Both the position numbers and the translations under genes were made by a program. Positions 46,620 through 56,720 of a DNA stretch of 64,000 nucleotides are shown here, piece after piece. Positions within the stretch are counted from its first letter, which is position 1. Each line of letters starts with the position of its first letter. Source of the DNA: a virus (lineage: Duplodnaviria; Caudoviricetes); the IMG/VR virus record IMGVR_UViG_3300032234_000388, positions 1 to 64,000 of that record; one strand, 5' to 3'. The notes beneath the pieces were generated by a model. The model was not told the origin of the DNA. It searched no databases and was given only the letters and a program-made list of their open reading frames with translations.

Positions 46620-47194
46620 CTATATTCATAACTAAGCTGTTCACAGATTAAATTCATCTGAACAACAATGGCCACAGCGTAAGCAGTTGCGTGGCTTTTC
46701 TTAAAGAAGTATTCTTCATTTTCGGGTTTCTTCCAAACCTCGTTTAACACAGTGTTCCAATCTTTTCCAATCAAATAACGCTTGGCGGGCCTGATCATAG
46801 CCAACACCGCAGCCAACTGCTCGATCGTAGTTGGCTTCATCTTTCTCAGAATCTCTCCGTGTCCGTTCACATGAAACAATAGACTGCTGAAGCTGTCGTC
46901 CTCTAGTAGATCCCATAGTGGTTCCTTGTTCATTAACTCCGTAAGATGTGTTTCGTCTCGAACACCCTTATAGATTCCAACATTTAAAAAATCTATTTTG
47001 AAATATCCTTGCTCTTCTGCTTCGTCGTAAGGTATTGCACACAAGTTGTTTATAGCACTCACCGGTACTTCATGAAGATACACTCCTGTGTTATGTTTGA
47101 CTAGTTTGTTATCTTCTAGACGACTAGCTTTAACATGTTTGAATAATGTTAGAGCTTGTTCTCTATCTAGAAAGTCTATGTCAATATCAGGCAT
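46616..47194 (-). CDS. miniature DNA polymerase III alpha (DnaE)-like catalytic core
   Basis: PDIDIDF, KHNTGV, FKIDFL, AMIRP, YFFKKSHATAY. Confidence 0.85.
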   Translation of the reverse strand: MPDIDIDFLDREQALTLFKHVKASRLEDNKLVKHNTGVYLHEVPVSAINNLCAIPYDEAEEQGYFKIDFLNVGIYKGVRDETHLTELMNKEPLWDLLEDDSFSSLLFHVNGHGEILRKMKPTTIEQLAAVLAMIRPAKRYLIGKDWNTVLNEVWKKPENEEYFFKKSHATAYAVAIVVQMNLICEQLSYEYS

Positions 47195-47393
47195 TTTTGA
47201 TCTCTGGAGGGGCCCAAGTAGCATAATCAATTTTTTTCCATTGATTTATTCCTGGAGTGGTATACGGAGTATATATTTCGCCGGTTTCGCGATCCACTAG
47301 CAGCCATTTCTCTACACACTTAGTAGTTATGGTTAGTGTCTGAGGTTTAACAAGTTCAGGCACTATCGTTCCGTCGATTAATGTTCTAGTCAT
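47187..47393 (-). CDS. hypothetical protein
   Basis: TKCVEKWLLVDRETGEIY. Confidence 0.65.
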   Translation of the reverse strand: MTRTLIDGTIVPELVKPQTLTITTKCVEKWLLVDRETGEIYTPYTTPGINQWKKIDYATWAPPEIKNA

Positions 47394-47620
47394 TATTGTA
47401 ATCTCGTAGTTTCAAAAAGCAGTAAGGGCAGAGTTTCTGCTAAAAATTCTGCATATTCTTCAGCGTCTTCTGAGGATTCGAATCCTGTAAACTTTACATA
47501 AACTGTTGGTTCCTCGTCCGATGATGTCATTACTTCGATATCAATGTCGTCACGAGAAATAAATTCTTCGTTATCGGCTAATTCTTCTTCTACAATTTCT
47601 ATTTCTGGTCTTTTTGGCAT
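47393..47620 (-). CDS. acidic hypothetical protein
   Basis: Coupled ORF. Confidence 0.7.
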   Translation of the reverse strand: MPKRPEIEIVEEELADNEEFISRDDIDIEVMTSSDEEPTVYVKFTGFESSEDAEEYAEFLAETLPLLLFETTRLQ

Positions 47621-48303
47621 TACATTATCCTCGCCTCTTTAACAACATCTTTGATTAGTTCCACATCTGCAGGCAGAGATTTAAATCTACGAATCCAAAA
47701 TTGAGGATCTACAATAGGCCCTACAATTTCTAATTGTTCGTCATTCATACGTTGCAACAGTTCTTTGCCCGACTTGGTATTTAATATTAACCACGGGCTT
47801 ACAAGACCCTCTTTGATATCGTGCGTAGCACGGTTAAGATTAACATATTGAAAATAATGTTCCCAAGGAGCAGAATTAGAGTCTGCCCATTCCATCATTG
47901 TTTTAATTGTACGTTGTATAGCACCGTCGGCTGGTTCTATTTTAATCAACTCTTTAATGTATGAGTCGTACAATTCATCACGGCACCAATGATCTAACTT
48001 TATTCCGCTTTTAATCACATAGTCAATAAATCGTTCTGGATAGATAGGAGCAGTATTGATCATAAAACTGCCAAATTTAACAAAGGCAGTATAGTAAGGA
48101 CTAGATGCAAATTCTTCAAAAGTTTTAGCTGTCTTGCCTTTTTGTGTAAGCTCGTAGAATCGCTGATAGGTTAGCAGTCCGGCCTGTACGTGACGCTCAT
48201 CTCGGCCAAGGTGTCGACGTTTTTGCTCGCAGACATGCACAACTAAAGTTTTTTCTTTAGCAAAAAGTTTACCGCAATGCTCACACTTATAACTTAAGTC
48301 CAT
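47620..48303 (-). CDS. zinc-finger protein
   Basis: YKCEHCGKLF...H.C at the N-terminus. Confidence 0.7.
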   Translation of the reverse strand: MDLSYKCEHCGKLFAKEKTLVVHVCEQKRRHLGRDERHVQAGLLTYQRFYELTQKGKTAKTFEEFASSPYYTAFVKFGSFMINTAPIYPERFIDYVIKSGIKLDHWCRDELYDSYIKELIKIEPADGAIQRTIKTMMEWADSNSAPWEHYFQYVNLNRATHDIKEGLVSPWLILNTKSGKELLQRMNDEQLEIVGPIVDPQFWIRRFKSLPADVELIKDVVKEARIM

Positions 48304-48766
48304 TGATCGCTTTTTTGTCCCAGCCAAGATCTTCGCAGTATTGTTTGATTTCTTTGTCTGTGCTAATTGCTGCAAGTGTTGCAATGTCGCTCCTTTTCAT
48401 ATTTGGAAATAGTTCTGCTAGAAGTTCTTCTTTCTTGTTCTTTTCACGCTTCAGAGGCAACCACTCGTGAAACTGAGTCTTTTTGCTTTCATGACTACAC
48501 ATGCATAAAGTCTGCCATTGCAGTTTGGGATGTTTGGCAATGTCATTCCAGTGTTTGTTGTAAAACTCATTGACTGTTAACAGATAGTGTTCTTGTAGTT
48601 CTCTGTTATTAGTTTTAACATTGCTGATATATCGATTAAGAGTCCATAAGTCGCCCTTAATCTCTTTTCGGCCATCTTCTGAAGCAGCATCCCACAGTTC
48701 TTTCAATCCCATGTCAACTGCTGGAATCATATCTTTAAAAAGGTCTACGTGTTTATTTTTGCCCAT
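48287..48766 (-). CDS. hypothetical protein, possibly clamp-loader small-subunit (gp62)-like
   Basis: NRYIS...VNE...HPKLQW...FHEWL pattern. Confidence 0.5.
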   Translation of the reverse strand: MGKNKHVDLFKDMIPAVDMGLKELWDAASEDGRKEIKGDLWTLNRYISNVKTNNRELQEHYLLTVNEFYNKHWNDIAKHPKLQWQTLCMCSHESKKTQFHEWLPLKREKNKKEELLAELFPNMKRSDIATLAAISTDKEIKQYCEDLGWDKKAINGLKL

Positions 48767-49013
48767 TATCTTTACTCAGTTCATATAGTATTTTAACACG
48801 ATCTATAGCATCTTGCAAGACTTTATTTTCCTTTGCTGCTTCGACCACATCTGTCCAAAATTGACTTTGTTGTTCAACATAATCTTTTTGTTGTTTAATA
48901 AAAGTTCTACCAATTTCAAACCTTTCAGAATGTGATGCTCCGAATTCTCGAGCATAAGTAATACCGTCTACATGTTCGTAGATATAAGTAGCACCCGGTT
49001 TAAGTGATCCCAT
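48753..49013 (-). CDS. hypothetical protein
   Basis: Coupled ORF. Confidence 0.7.
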   Translation of the reverse strand: MGSLKPGATYIYEHVDGITYAREFGASHSERFEIGRTFIKQQKDYVEQQSQFWTDVVEAAKENKVLQDAIDRVKILYELSKDNGQK

Positions 49014-49021
49014 GTTGATAA

Positions 49022-49708
49022 CTATAGCAGTTCGGGATTTCCAGTTAAGGATAATGCTGATATATTTTTAAAGTATGCAGGATGCAATCTAACAACGGTA
49101 GGAGAAATTACTTGAATATCAACTAGTGCATCGCCAATTTGGTTATCAGCCGGAACAAATCCGTTTATTGAAATCCAATCAATTAATTTTTTAGCAGCAT
49201 GAGGTTTGATAATATATCCATATGCTCCTCGCATATAATTGCCTGTTTGATTTTTTTCTAAAAATTTAGCTGTTGGATTATTATACTTATTGATTGATAT
49301 TTTAGAACCTGCTTGATTTTCAATGCAATGATTATACTCACTAGAGAACGGATCTAAATTATCTAACTTTAATACATCTTGAAATTGTTCTAAGACATTA
49401 TCGGGCAATCTGTTAATAAAATAACCATCATGTTCTAAAATAACATAGGGAACATTTTCGTCGGCACATTTTTTCCAAAGATAATAATGACTTAAAAAAC
49501 AACCAAACACGCCTGCTCTTCCTTTTTTAAATTTATATTTGGGTTGAATTTTTAATCGAGCTAAGTGTTGTTGATAATCAAGACCATTTATTGCATCAAA
49601 ATATTCCACGTGAATATTTAAAGTTTTTGCTTGCTCAACACATTCAGCAGCATATTTTTCTGAAATAGGATTATTTTTTAATCTTATTATATAGGTTTTC
49701 ATGTACAA
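49022..49708 (-). CDS. glycosyltransferase family 25
   Basis: FDAING, GCFLSHY.LW, ILEHDG, GYIIKP.AA. Confidence 0.85.
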   Translation of the reverse strand: MYMKTYIIRLKNNPISEKYAAECVEQAKTLNIHVEYFDAINGLDYQQHLARLKIQPKYKFKKGRAGVFGCFLSHYYLWKKCADENVPYVILEHDGYFINRLPDNVLEQFQDVLKLDNLDPFSSEYNHCIENQAGSKISINKYNNPTAKFLEKNQTGNYMRGAYGYIIKPHAAKKLIDWISINGFVPADNQIGDALVDIQVISPTVVRLHPAYFKNISALSLTGNPELL

Positions 49709-49868
49709 ATTCCTTATCTAAGTCGTGTAGTGTTTCTACAAATTTATAGTTTAAACTTTTTAATAGCTGTTTGGTTTTTAGATTAAATTTTTCAGCCTGC
49801 TCGACACATTCTTTTGCAATTTTACAAGAATGATCGTTATCTCTTAATCTAATAATAAATGATTTCAT
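49671..49868 (-). pseudogene. chimeric remnant (GT25-like N-terminus joined to an unrelated tail)
   Basis: MKSFIIRL...ECVEQAEKFNL mirrors the neighbouring GT25 start, then diverges; only 65 aa. Confidence 0.5.
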
Positions 49869-50212
49869 AGAAATCCTTGATCTCTTACAACATTCCATGC
49901 AATAGCTGTTTGTAGGCCACCCGGTTTAGGATCATTAACTACGATTCGTTCACCTAGCGGTAGATCAAATATTGCGTGATTGTATCGAAGACCGTTGTCT
50001 TTTAAAATCTTTAGACTCGATTCTTTATACTCTTCCGACCTACCTGTAGTAATTATAATATAATCGCCTGTTGGTATTGAGTCCCATAATTCTTTCACTC
50101 CAGGCAACAACTCATCATTATTAGTTAGATAACCGTTGTGTTTTAGTATTGTACCGTCGAGATCAATAAACCAAGTATGACCTAGATTTTCAGAAAGATT
50201 AAAAGGTATCAT
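49865..50212 (-). CDS. HAD-family phosphatase
   Basis: FIDLDGT, TTGR, VND. Confidence 0.8.
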   Translation of the reverse strand: MIPFNLSENLGHTWFIDLDGTILKHNGYLTNNDELLPGVKELWDSIPTGDYIIITTGRSEEYKESSLKILKDNGLRYNHAIFDLPLGERIVVNDPKPGGLQTAIAWNVVRDQGFL

Positions 50213-51726
50213 GCTTTTTTTAATCCTTGTTCCAGATAATATAATCCGAGATAAAAACTTCCAATGACACTATCGATGTCATCCTTAGCGTATCCACTCA
50301 ATGCCAACCAAATAAGTCCGTGTAATATTTCAATCTTGGCAACATCTTGCCCAAAGAAATCTGCAAATATTTCATGGCCAACATTTGTAAATGTAGATTC
50401 TTCCATCAAAATTTCCACAGTTTCGCTGTCTACATGTAGTTTGAATTTTCTACGATTAAATGTATCATACCCACCGATTGCTGAATAATACACTTTTGCA
50501 AAGTCATACATAGGATCGCCCCATATGCCGGGCTTGGCAAAATATCCACGAGGATCAATAAACCATGCTCGAAGATTTTTGTCTATAAGACTATTACTGA
50601 ATGTAGGATCTCCATGTATAGGAGTGAAGTATGATGGTTTAATAAGAGAATAAATTAAATCCATACTATTACTATCGTGGAATATATTTTTACATTTTGT
50701 TCCGTTGATTGTAATAGCTTTCTGATCAAAGTTAGGGATAATACCAGAAACACTTTCTACTCTAGTAATTGTTTTTGTAATATATGTTTCTTTGACATCT
50801 TCTTCGACTACAGCCTGTGTACCGAGATCGTGTAATGATACTAGTGCATCTAAGTAGTCTGCCAGAACTGCACGTTTTTCACGCTCGGTGAGATCATTCA
50901 TTTGATAGGCATGTTGACCCTGAATACGTTCCATTACATACGGCTCGGTAGCAATTATTTTTGGAATTCTTCTGAAGCCTAATTCACTAGCACTCTTGTA
51001 CCACGCTTGTTCTTTGTCTATTAAGTGTGCGTAGTTAGGATCGATGGCCCGTTTTTCTACAGTATTTTCTAATATCTTAACTTCATTAAAGAATCTACTA
51101 AAACCTGCACGATCGTTTTGAGTTTCAATTGTTGCAAAATCGCCAAGCTCTTCTAGGTCATTACACACCGCAGTTTCAAAGATAGGAACATTGCGGCTAA
51201 ACCATTTAACAAATTCTCCACTAGCCGGCGGCTCTGGAAAATATTCAGCTCTACTTGCATAAAAGATTCCTGGTATTCCATTCGGGCCTGGTTGCTCGTA
51301 TAGTTTGCCGTCATTACCTTGAGTCCATCTACAGGTAAATGCGTTAGAAATGAACACCAATGGAACATTTTCTTTAATTACAATGTCAGGCATAGTTCCA
51401 ATAATTAAATCACTCCACATAATCATTAATTCCGAATCGGCAGGTACAGCCTTAAGGGCTTGTGCAATCCCACTGCAAGTACCTTTTTCTTTGGTCTGTG
51501 TTAGTGTAAATTTAATACCGGGAGGATTAACCTGAAGATATTTTTCAAGTTGATCAAAAGCGTAGTCGCCTATGATGTGAAAATGTGCATTTGGAAATCT
51601 ATCAAACAAATGATACAGAAGAGGCTTGCCCCTAACACTAACTAGGCATTTAGGTTTATTCCAAGTATGGTGGCGTAGCCTACTACCGCGGCCGCCTGCC
51701 TGGACTATAATGTGCAGTTGGGTCAT
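50209..51726 (-). CDS. sugar nucleotidyltransferase fused to a choline-kinase/APH-like phosphotransferase
   Basis: AGGRGSRL...KPKCL; HGDPTFSN, FIDPRG, GDPMYD. Confidence 0.85.
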   Translation of the reverse strand: MTQLHIIVQAGGRGSRLRHHTWNKPKCLVSVRGKPLLYHLFDRFPNAHFHIIGDYAFDQLEKYLQVNPPGIKFTLTQTKEKGTCSGIAQALKAVPADSELMIMWSDLIIGTMPDIVIKENVPLVFISNAFTCRWTQGNDGKLYEQPGPNGIPGIFYASRAEYFPEPPASGEFVKWFSRNVPIFETAVCNDLEELGDFATIETQNDRAGFSRFFNEVKILENTVEKRAIDPNYAHLIDKEQAWYKSASELGFRRIPKIIATEPYVMERIQGQHAYQMNDLTEREKRAVLADYLDALVSLHDLGTQAVVEEDVKETYITKTITRVESVSGIIPNFDQKAITINGTKCKNIFHDSNSMDLIYSLIKPSYFTPIHGDPTFSNSLIDKNLRAWFIDPRGYFAKPGIWGDPMYDFAKVYYSAIGGYDTFNRRKFKLHVDSETVEILMEESTFTNVGHEIFADFFGQDVAKIEILHGLIWLALSGYAKDDIDSVIGSFYLGLYYLEQGLKKA

Positions 51727-52316
51727 ACTATTTTTTTAAAATGAATATCTGCTTCTTTATTCCATTGGTCAGGAACAACAGTGTATTCGAAATTATGGGT
51801 TGTCAACCATGTGCATATGGATTCTACGTCATTAATGGTATTTTTGTAAAGAGCAATGTTATAGGCAGCCTCACATCTACCTTCCTGTACTATTGAAATA
51901 TAATCACCTAAACTTTTTAATACATTAAAATCATTACCTTGAGCATCAATCCAAAGATAATCAATCTTCGTAATATTTTTATTTTTTATAAGTGTATCAA
52001 GTCTCATACATTGCACATTAACACTTCCTTCCCATTCCCATGTCGCATTCTTTAAGTCCGGCCAAGATTCTTTTAAATCATCTGAAAACTCATGTAAAGA
52101 AGATACACCCGCTGATATATTAAATTTTTTATCTGTTTCATCTAAGTCCACGGCTGCTGCTATTATGTGAACATTTTTATTTTGATTAAAGATTTTATTT
52201 AATCGTTTAACATATGCAGGATTTGGTTCAAATACAAAGACAATATTATCTGGGTCAGTAGTCCACTGTACTGTATCGGTTCCCTTGTGTCCACCAACTT
52301 CTACGATAGTTTTCAT
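51723..52316 (-). CDS. FkbM family methyltransferase
   Basis: VEVGGHKG, FEPNP, RLD, IDAQGND. Confidence 0.85.
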   Translation of the reverse strand: MKTIVEVGGHKGTDTVQWTTDPDNIVFVFEPNPAYVKRLNKIFNQNKNVHIIAAAVDLDETDKKFNISAGVSSLHEFSDDLKESWPDLKNATWEWEGSVNVQCMRLDTLIKNKNITKIDYLWIDAQGNDFNVLKSLGDYISIVQEGRCEAAYNIALYKNTINDVESICTWLTTHNFEYTVVPDQWNKEADIHFKKIV

Positions 52317-52987
52317 TTTAATTTCTCCATATCTGTAGCAAATGAAGTGTGTAAGTATTCTTCGTAGGCTTTTGCATCACGTTTTTTTGAATTGTCTACA
52401 TCAATACTAACAGCATCGGCAACACCATTTTCTCTAGTATAATGTAGATGTTGAATTTTTACATCATCAAATCTATATACAGATCCTAGATGATTAGACA
52501 TATCTCTCCAAAAGTCGTCGGCATACATACATCGTAAAGTGGGCGGAACCATATATCCTAATCGCTTAACAATACTAGAATCCATTACAGGAAAATAAAT
52601 CCGACCCTTCTTGTTAATCATATCGTTGCCGTAGACAATCGCATTTTTTCCTAATTCCTGCATTTTTGAAATAAATCTTTCTTCGTAATTAGCAGTATGA
52701 AAAATGCAATCGTCTTCATTAAATGCTAGATATTTGTATTGATCAACATACCGCATGGCAACAGAATTAAGAATAGCAAGGAAAGACGATCCCGGTATCT
52801 TAGGATTTTTTTCCCATATAACTGTAGAAAATTTTTCAATTAGATGATCGCAACTATGGTCGTCATCATCTAATGCAATTAACATATCTGATAGACCACC
52901 AGTAGTAGCTACCCAAGAATTTAAAAATCTTTCTAATTTTTCAGGTCTATTTCTAGAAGGAACTATCCAGAGAATTTTTTCTTTCAT
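52313..52987 (-). CDS. GT-A (GT2-like) glycosyltransferase
   Basis: IVPSRNRP, DDDD, NEDD, YADD, IQHLH. Confidence 0.8.
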   Translation of the reverse strand: MKEKILWIVPSRNRPEKLERFLNSWVATTGGLSDMLIALDDDDHSCDHLIEKFSTVIWEKNPKIPGSSFLAILNSVAMRYVDQYKYLAFNEDDCIFHTANYEERFISKMQELGKNAIVYGNDMINKKGRIYFPVMDSSIVKRLGYMVPPTLRCMYADDFWRDMSNHLGSVYRFDDVKIQHLHYTRENGVADAVSIDVDNSKKRDAKAYEEYLHTSFATDMEKLK

Positions 52988-53328
52988 TTTGTGAAACCTA
53001 CAGTTTCCCTAGCAATATCGTCATGATCGAATTCTGCCCAGTACAATTCAAATGCGATGCAATCAGTAACAGCTTCAAATTGATGATATTCGCCGGGAGC
53101 AACCTTGGTATATTGTCCAGGCTTTAACAATGTTTCATCAACTAGATCATAGTTATTCTTCCATACACGAATAATCATTTCTCCTGATTCAACAAAGAAT
53201 CCATTCCATTTAAATTTATGTTTATGTTTAGAGCAAACTCCGCCTGCCTTGGCTTCGATGCGATGAAATTCTAACACCCCGTTGGCTTCTAATAATTCTG
53301 TTTGACCCCATACTTTACCAGCTTTCAT
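52984..53328 (-). CDS. cupin protein
   Basis: CSKHKH...NGFFVESG...PGEYHQF. Confidence 0.8.
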   Translation of the reverse strand: MKAGKVWGQTELLEANGVLEFHRIEAKAGGVCSKHKHKFKWNGFFVESGEMIIRVWKNNYDLVDETLLKPGQYTKVAPGEYHQFEAVTDCIAFELYWAEFDHDDIARETVGFTK

Positions 53329-53561
53329 AATTTTCCTTTAATTGCTGCTAACAAATACTCTTCTTTTGTTAGCCATTTGTATTCAAATACAGGTGTACCA
53401 GGACCTGTAATTGTTCTTGTTCCTTTGTAAGCATATTTTAACCAAATATACTTTTTACTTATCTCGCACTGTCTTGGCCATATAATAAATTTATATTCCC
53501 AAATTGACCGACTCCATCGATAGTCGCCGTTAACTTTGCCCACATAACTGTGCCCCATCAT
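53325..53561 (-). CDS. hypothetical protein
   Basis: Coupled ORF. Confidence 0.6.
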   Translation of the reverse strand: MMGHSYVGKVNGDYRWSRSIWEYKFIIWPRQCEISKKYIWLKYAYKGTRTITGPGTPVFEYKWLTKEEYLLAAIKGKL

Positions 53562-54064
53562 ACCACTTTATGCATCTGTAAAATTTCGCTCTGTCTGCTA
53601 ACTTCTTTAACAAAATATGCGCATGGTGGATTATCCCCGTCGTGTAAGGGAACAGTTAGTAGCTGACCATTTTTCATCTTAGGAAAATACCAACGCACAT
53701 CTTGAAAAATGTTTACAATTTCAATAGGCATAAATTCTGCTTTAAATCCTTTAATTGGATTAAAAACAAATGCGTCGAAGCCTCGTTCATTAATTGATGT
53801 TAATGGCAGCACTTCAGGATCTAATCCACATTCTTTATCTCCTACCACCATGCACCAATCCAAAGGCATCTGTACTTCGTAGCCGCCAATGTTCAGCAAA
53901 ATGGCAGGACTGTTAAAAGATTCTAAAAAGATCAAAGGCATAAAGAAAAAGTCTGGATCATTAGGATTACTGTTATCTAATACTGAAAATCTTGTATCTT
54001 CATCTACTTCATCTGGCAGCTCGTTTAGATCAAAAGCTGTGTTGTTTAGTGTTAAAATTCTCAT
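53558..54064 (-). CDS. hypothetical protein
   Basis: Coupled to the helicase. Confidence 0.75.
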   Translation of the reverse strand: MRILTLNNTAFDLNELPDEVDEDTRFSVLDNSNPNDPDFFFMPLIFLESFNSPAILLNIGGYEVQMPLDWCMVVGDKECGLDPEVLPLTSINERGFDAFVFNPIKGFKAEFMPIEIVNIFQDVRWYFPKMKNGQLLTVPLHDGDNPPCAYFVKEVSRQSEILQMHKVV

Positions 54065-55515
54065 ATGTTTACCTTGGTTATTGTGAAAGGATATTTTGCA
54101 TCCTTGTAAAATTTCTTGCGTTCTGTGAGATGACGTTTAGCATACTTGCATGCTGACGTAATGTCCCATATCTCTACATGATCTTTATCTTCAGCTTTTC
54201 TAATACCGCGACCAATGCTTTGAATGACACGGACGAACGATTTTCCCGGTTCAATGAGTACAAGATTAAAAATTCTAGGAATATTGATACCGACAGCAGC
54301 AACACCATAGGTAGCAATAATAATCTTGCCATCGCTAGTTTTAATTTCATCATATTCCTCTTTTCTATCATCCAGTTTCATTCCGCCACTGACAAACACA
54401 GCATCCGGTATTAAATCCATAAGTTTATTACCAGTGTCAATTCTATTGATTAACACCAGTGTGTTGCCAGTTAAACTGACTTGTTTAATCTGTTTGCTAA
54501 TCCAGTCTAGTCTATTAGGATCAGTGACTAAGAAACTGTATTCGTCTTGATAACTTCGAAATACCTGTACATCGTTAGTTTGTAGTACATTAATTTGCAA
54601 GTTTGCTAACACACCTTTTTCTTGTAGGTCGTGTGCAGATACCTGATTAATTACCGGACCTATACTAGCTAGTATGCCTTGAAACTCCCATGCTTCTTTA
54701 GGCACAGTACCAGTTAGTCCCCAACGAATAGGACAGTTCTTAAAGTTTTGTGTTAATAGTTTTGTCAGCACTTCTGCTTTGGCCTGATGAACCTCGTCGA
54801 TAATAATTGCATTAACACCTTCACAAAATTCAGCTAATGAAAGGCTATCTTCGTCGTAGCTTTTTTTATCTAGGACGTTAAGACTCTGCCAAGTACATAT
54901 AGTGTGTGTTTTGTTTAATTCTTTTCGATCACCAAAGTATACACCAACATCTAATCCTAAGTTGACATAGTCCTCTTCTGTTTGAACTACTAGACTTTTG
55001 TTAGGAACAATGACCATAGTACGTCCATATGGTTCGCACAAGGATGAAAGAGTCGCTGTGGTAATTGTTTTACCTGCTCCTGTGGCTACTTCTTGTAGAC
55101 TTTGCGGATTTTCTAAAAACTTGTTTACTACATCATACTGATAGTCACGCAATATAATAGGATCACCTGCATTAGGATGTCCTTTAGGCCAAGTCTTGCC
55201 TTGGTCAGCCCAGTAATTTTCTGTCACAGGCGTAAATTTAATATCTTGCGGCTGACGTAAGTCTTCTACTTCTATCTCGTAGCCGCTTTCGGTTATAATA
55301 GGTAATATAATATCGAGGTGAGCAAGATAACCTGTGCCACCAATGCTAAAATATGTTTTTGTGCCATCCCATCTTCCTAGTTTATATGCGGGCATATGAC
55401 GAGCGTAAGGCAAATCAAACTTTAATTTGTTGACTATTTTTCTTCGTGTTTCTACACTTAGGCCTTCTACCTTAATGTTTACTTCGTCTTTAATTGTAAG
55501 TTTACAGCTCGACAA
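54061..55515 (-). CDS. uvsW: UvsW-like SF2 DNA helicase
   Basis: LRDYQ, ATGAGKT, DEVH, GLTGT, QSIGRGIR; WDGT N-domain. Confidence 0.9.
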   Translation of the reverse strand: MSSCKLTIKDEVNIKVEGLSVETRRKIVNKLKFDLPYARHMPAYKLGRWDGTKTYFSIGGTGYLAHLDIILPIITESGYEIEVEDLRQPQDIKFTPVTENYWADQGKTWPKGHPNAGDPIILRDYQYDVVNKFLENPQSLQEVATGAGKTITTATLSSLCEPYGRTMVIVPNKSLVVQTEEDYVNLGLDVGVYFGDRKELNKTHTICTWQSLNVLDKKSYDEDSLSLAEFCEGVNAIIIDEVHQAKAEVLTKLLTQNFKNCPIRWGLTGTVPKEAWEFQGILASIGPVINQVSAHDLQEKGVLANLQINVLQTNDVQVFRSYQDEYSFLVTDPNRLDWISKQIKQVSLTGNTLVLINRIDTGNKLMDLIPDAVFVSGGMKLDDRKEEYDEIKTSDGKIIIATYGVAAVGINIPRIFNLVLIEPGKSFVRVIQSIGRGIRKAEDKDHVEIWDITSACKYAKRHLTERKKFYKDAKYPFTITKVNI

Positions 55516-56689
55516 TTTGTTGTCCTCTTTGTTCTGACGGCTTAATATCCCCTAGATAAATCACACAAGGATGGCTTTCAAACCAGTCTTTGGTTATCTG
55601 ACTTGTAGGCGGATACAAGTTATTAGTCACTAACATTTTAACATCTTCTGTGTGTTTAAACAACCACTTAGCCGGCTTATATTCGAATATTAAAATTTTT
55701 CCATCTTCAACCTTGCCGCCTACACCGTTGCTCTTTATCCAACCGTTAATTCCAGTATCAGCATTTTTTAATTCTCTAAAACATACTCGGATATCACTTC
55801 TAGATACCCCAGCAAGATCGGCATCTCTAACAAAATAATCTAACCACGAAAGCGTGTTGCCTGTTCGGTCCAACACTACTACTAGCTTGCCTGTGATTGA
55901 ATTGTACAAAGAAAATAGTTCTTTATTAGTTTTAATCCAAAATGAATTTGAAGTACTAGCAGCAATAGTTTCTACAATATTTGTTGGCTGTCCTTGATAC
56001 AAATACCCCATGCTTTTCGCCAACAATAAATTATCTCCGTAGCTGCCAACAGCTTTTTTATTCCAAAAAGTTTCAGCATCTTCTGTAGCGTTGTTGAGAA
56101 CGACTGTGTCGTTTACTGCGGTAGAAAACGGCAAAACTTGTTCAGCATTTTGCCAAATTTCTTCAACATCGCTAAGAGCAATCATAAAAGTATCGTCAAT
56201 TTCAAAATTATGTTTTTGTGCAAACTCATAAAGCTGCACAAGATTAAAATCATACAGACTTAAACACCTAACCTTTTTTTCTGTATTCCAGAATGATGTT
56301 GTATGATGGTCAAGACCGCCATGAATTTCACTGTCAAACTCTTTTTTTAGCTGATATGGAAATTTTAGGCAAACCCAAACCTGACCTTTGTCGTCTTTGT
56401 CTACATAAATTCTCTTTGACAGGTCTAAGACTCTAAACGGTTGTCTCCACTGTACAACAGACAACGTATTGGCATAATCCAACCCTGCCATTGCGGCAAT
56501 GGTTTTGTATTTTTCCAGTAATTTTAAGAGAAAATTTGCCTGATTTTGAGTCAGCGGCTCGCCGTTAATTATTTTGAGATAAAAACTTTCCATAGGAGAA
56601 AGATCTTGCTGTTGGCAAGGTAAATTCTCTTTGTGATATAGTTCATAGAAAGATTCAAATAGATCTTCTGCGAATACCGATGTTAACAT
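55502..56689 (-). CDS. hypothetical protein (leaderless start)
   Basis: TTGACA-17-TATACT at 56724-56696, ATG at +7. Confidence 0.75.
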   Translation of the reverse strand: MLTSVFAEDLFESFYELYHKENLPCQQQDLSPMESFYLKIINGEPLTQNQANFLLKLLEKYKTIAAMAGLDYANTLSVVQWRQPFRVLDLSKRIYVDKDDKGQVWVCLKFPYQLKKEFDSEIHGGLDHHTTSFWNTEKKVRCLSLYDFNLVQLYEFAQKHNFEIDDTFMIALSDVEEIWQNAEQVLPFSTAVNDTVVLNNATEDAETFWNKKAVGSYGDNLLLAKSMGYLYQGQPTNIVETIAASTSNSFWIKTNKELFSLYNSITGKLVVVLDRTGNTLSWLDYFVRDADLAGVSRSDIRVCFRELKNADTGINGWIKSNGVGGKVEDGKILIFEYKPAKWLFKHTEDVKMLVTNNLYPPTSQITKDWFESHPCVIYLGDIKPSEQRGQQIVEL

Positions 56690-56720
56690 TTAAACAGTAT
56701 ACTGTCTAAAAATATGGTTG

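Noticed and set aside
53558-54064. Possible Hint/intein-like domain
   Set aside because: No N-terminal Cys/Ser or C-terminal His-Asn; cannot be supported by eye.
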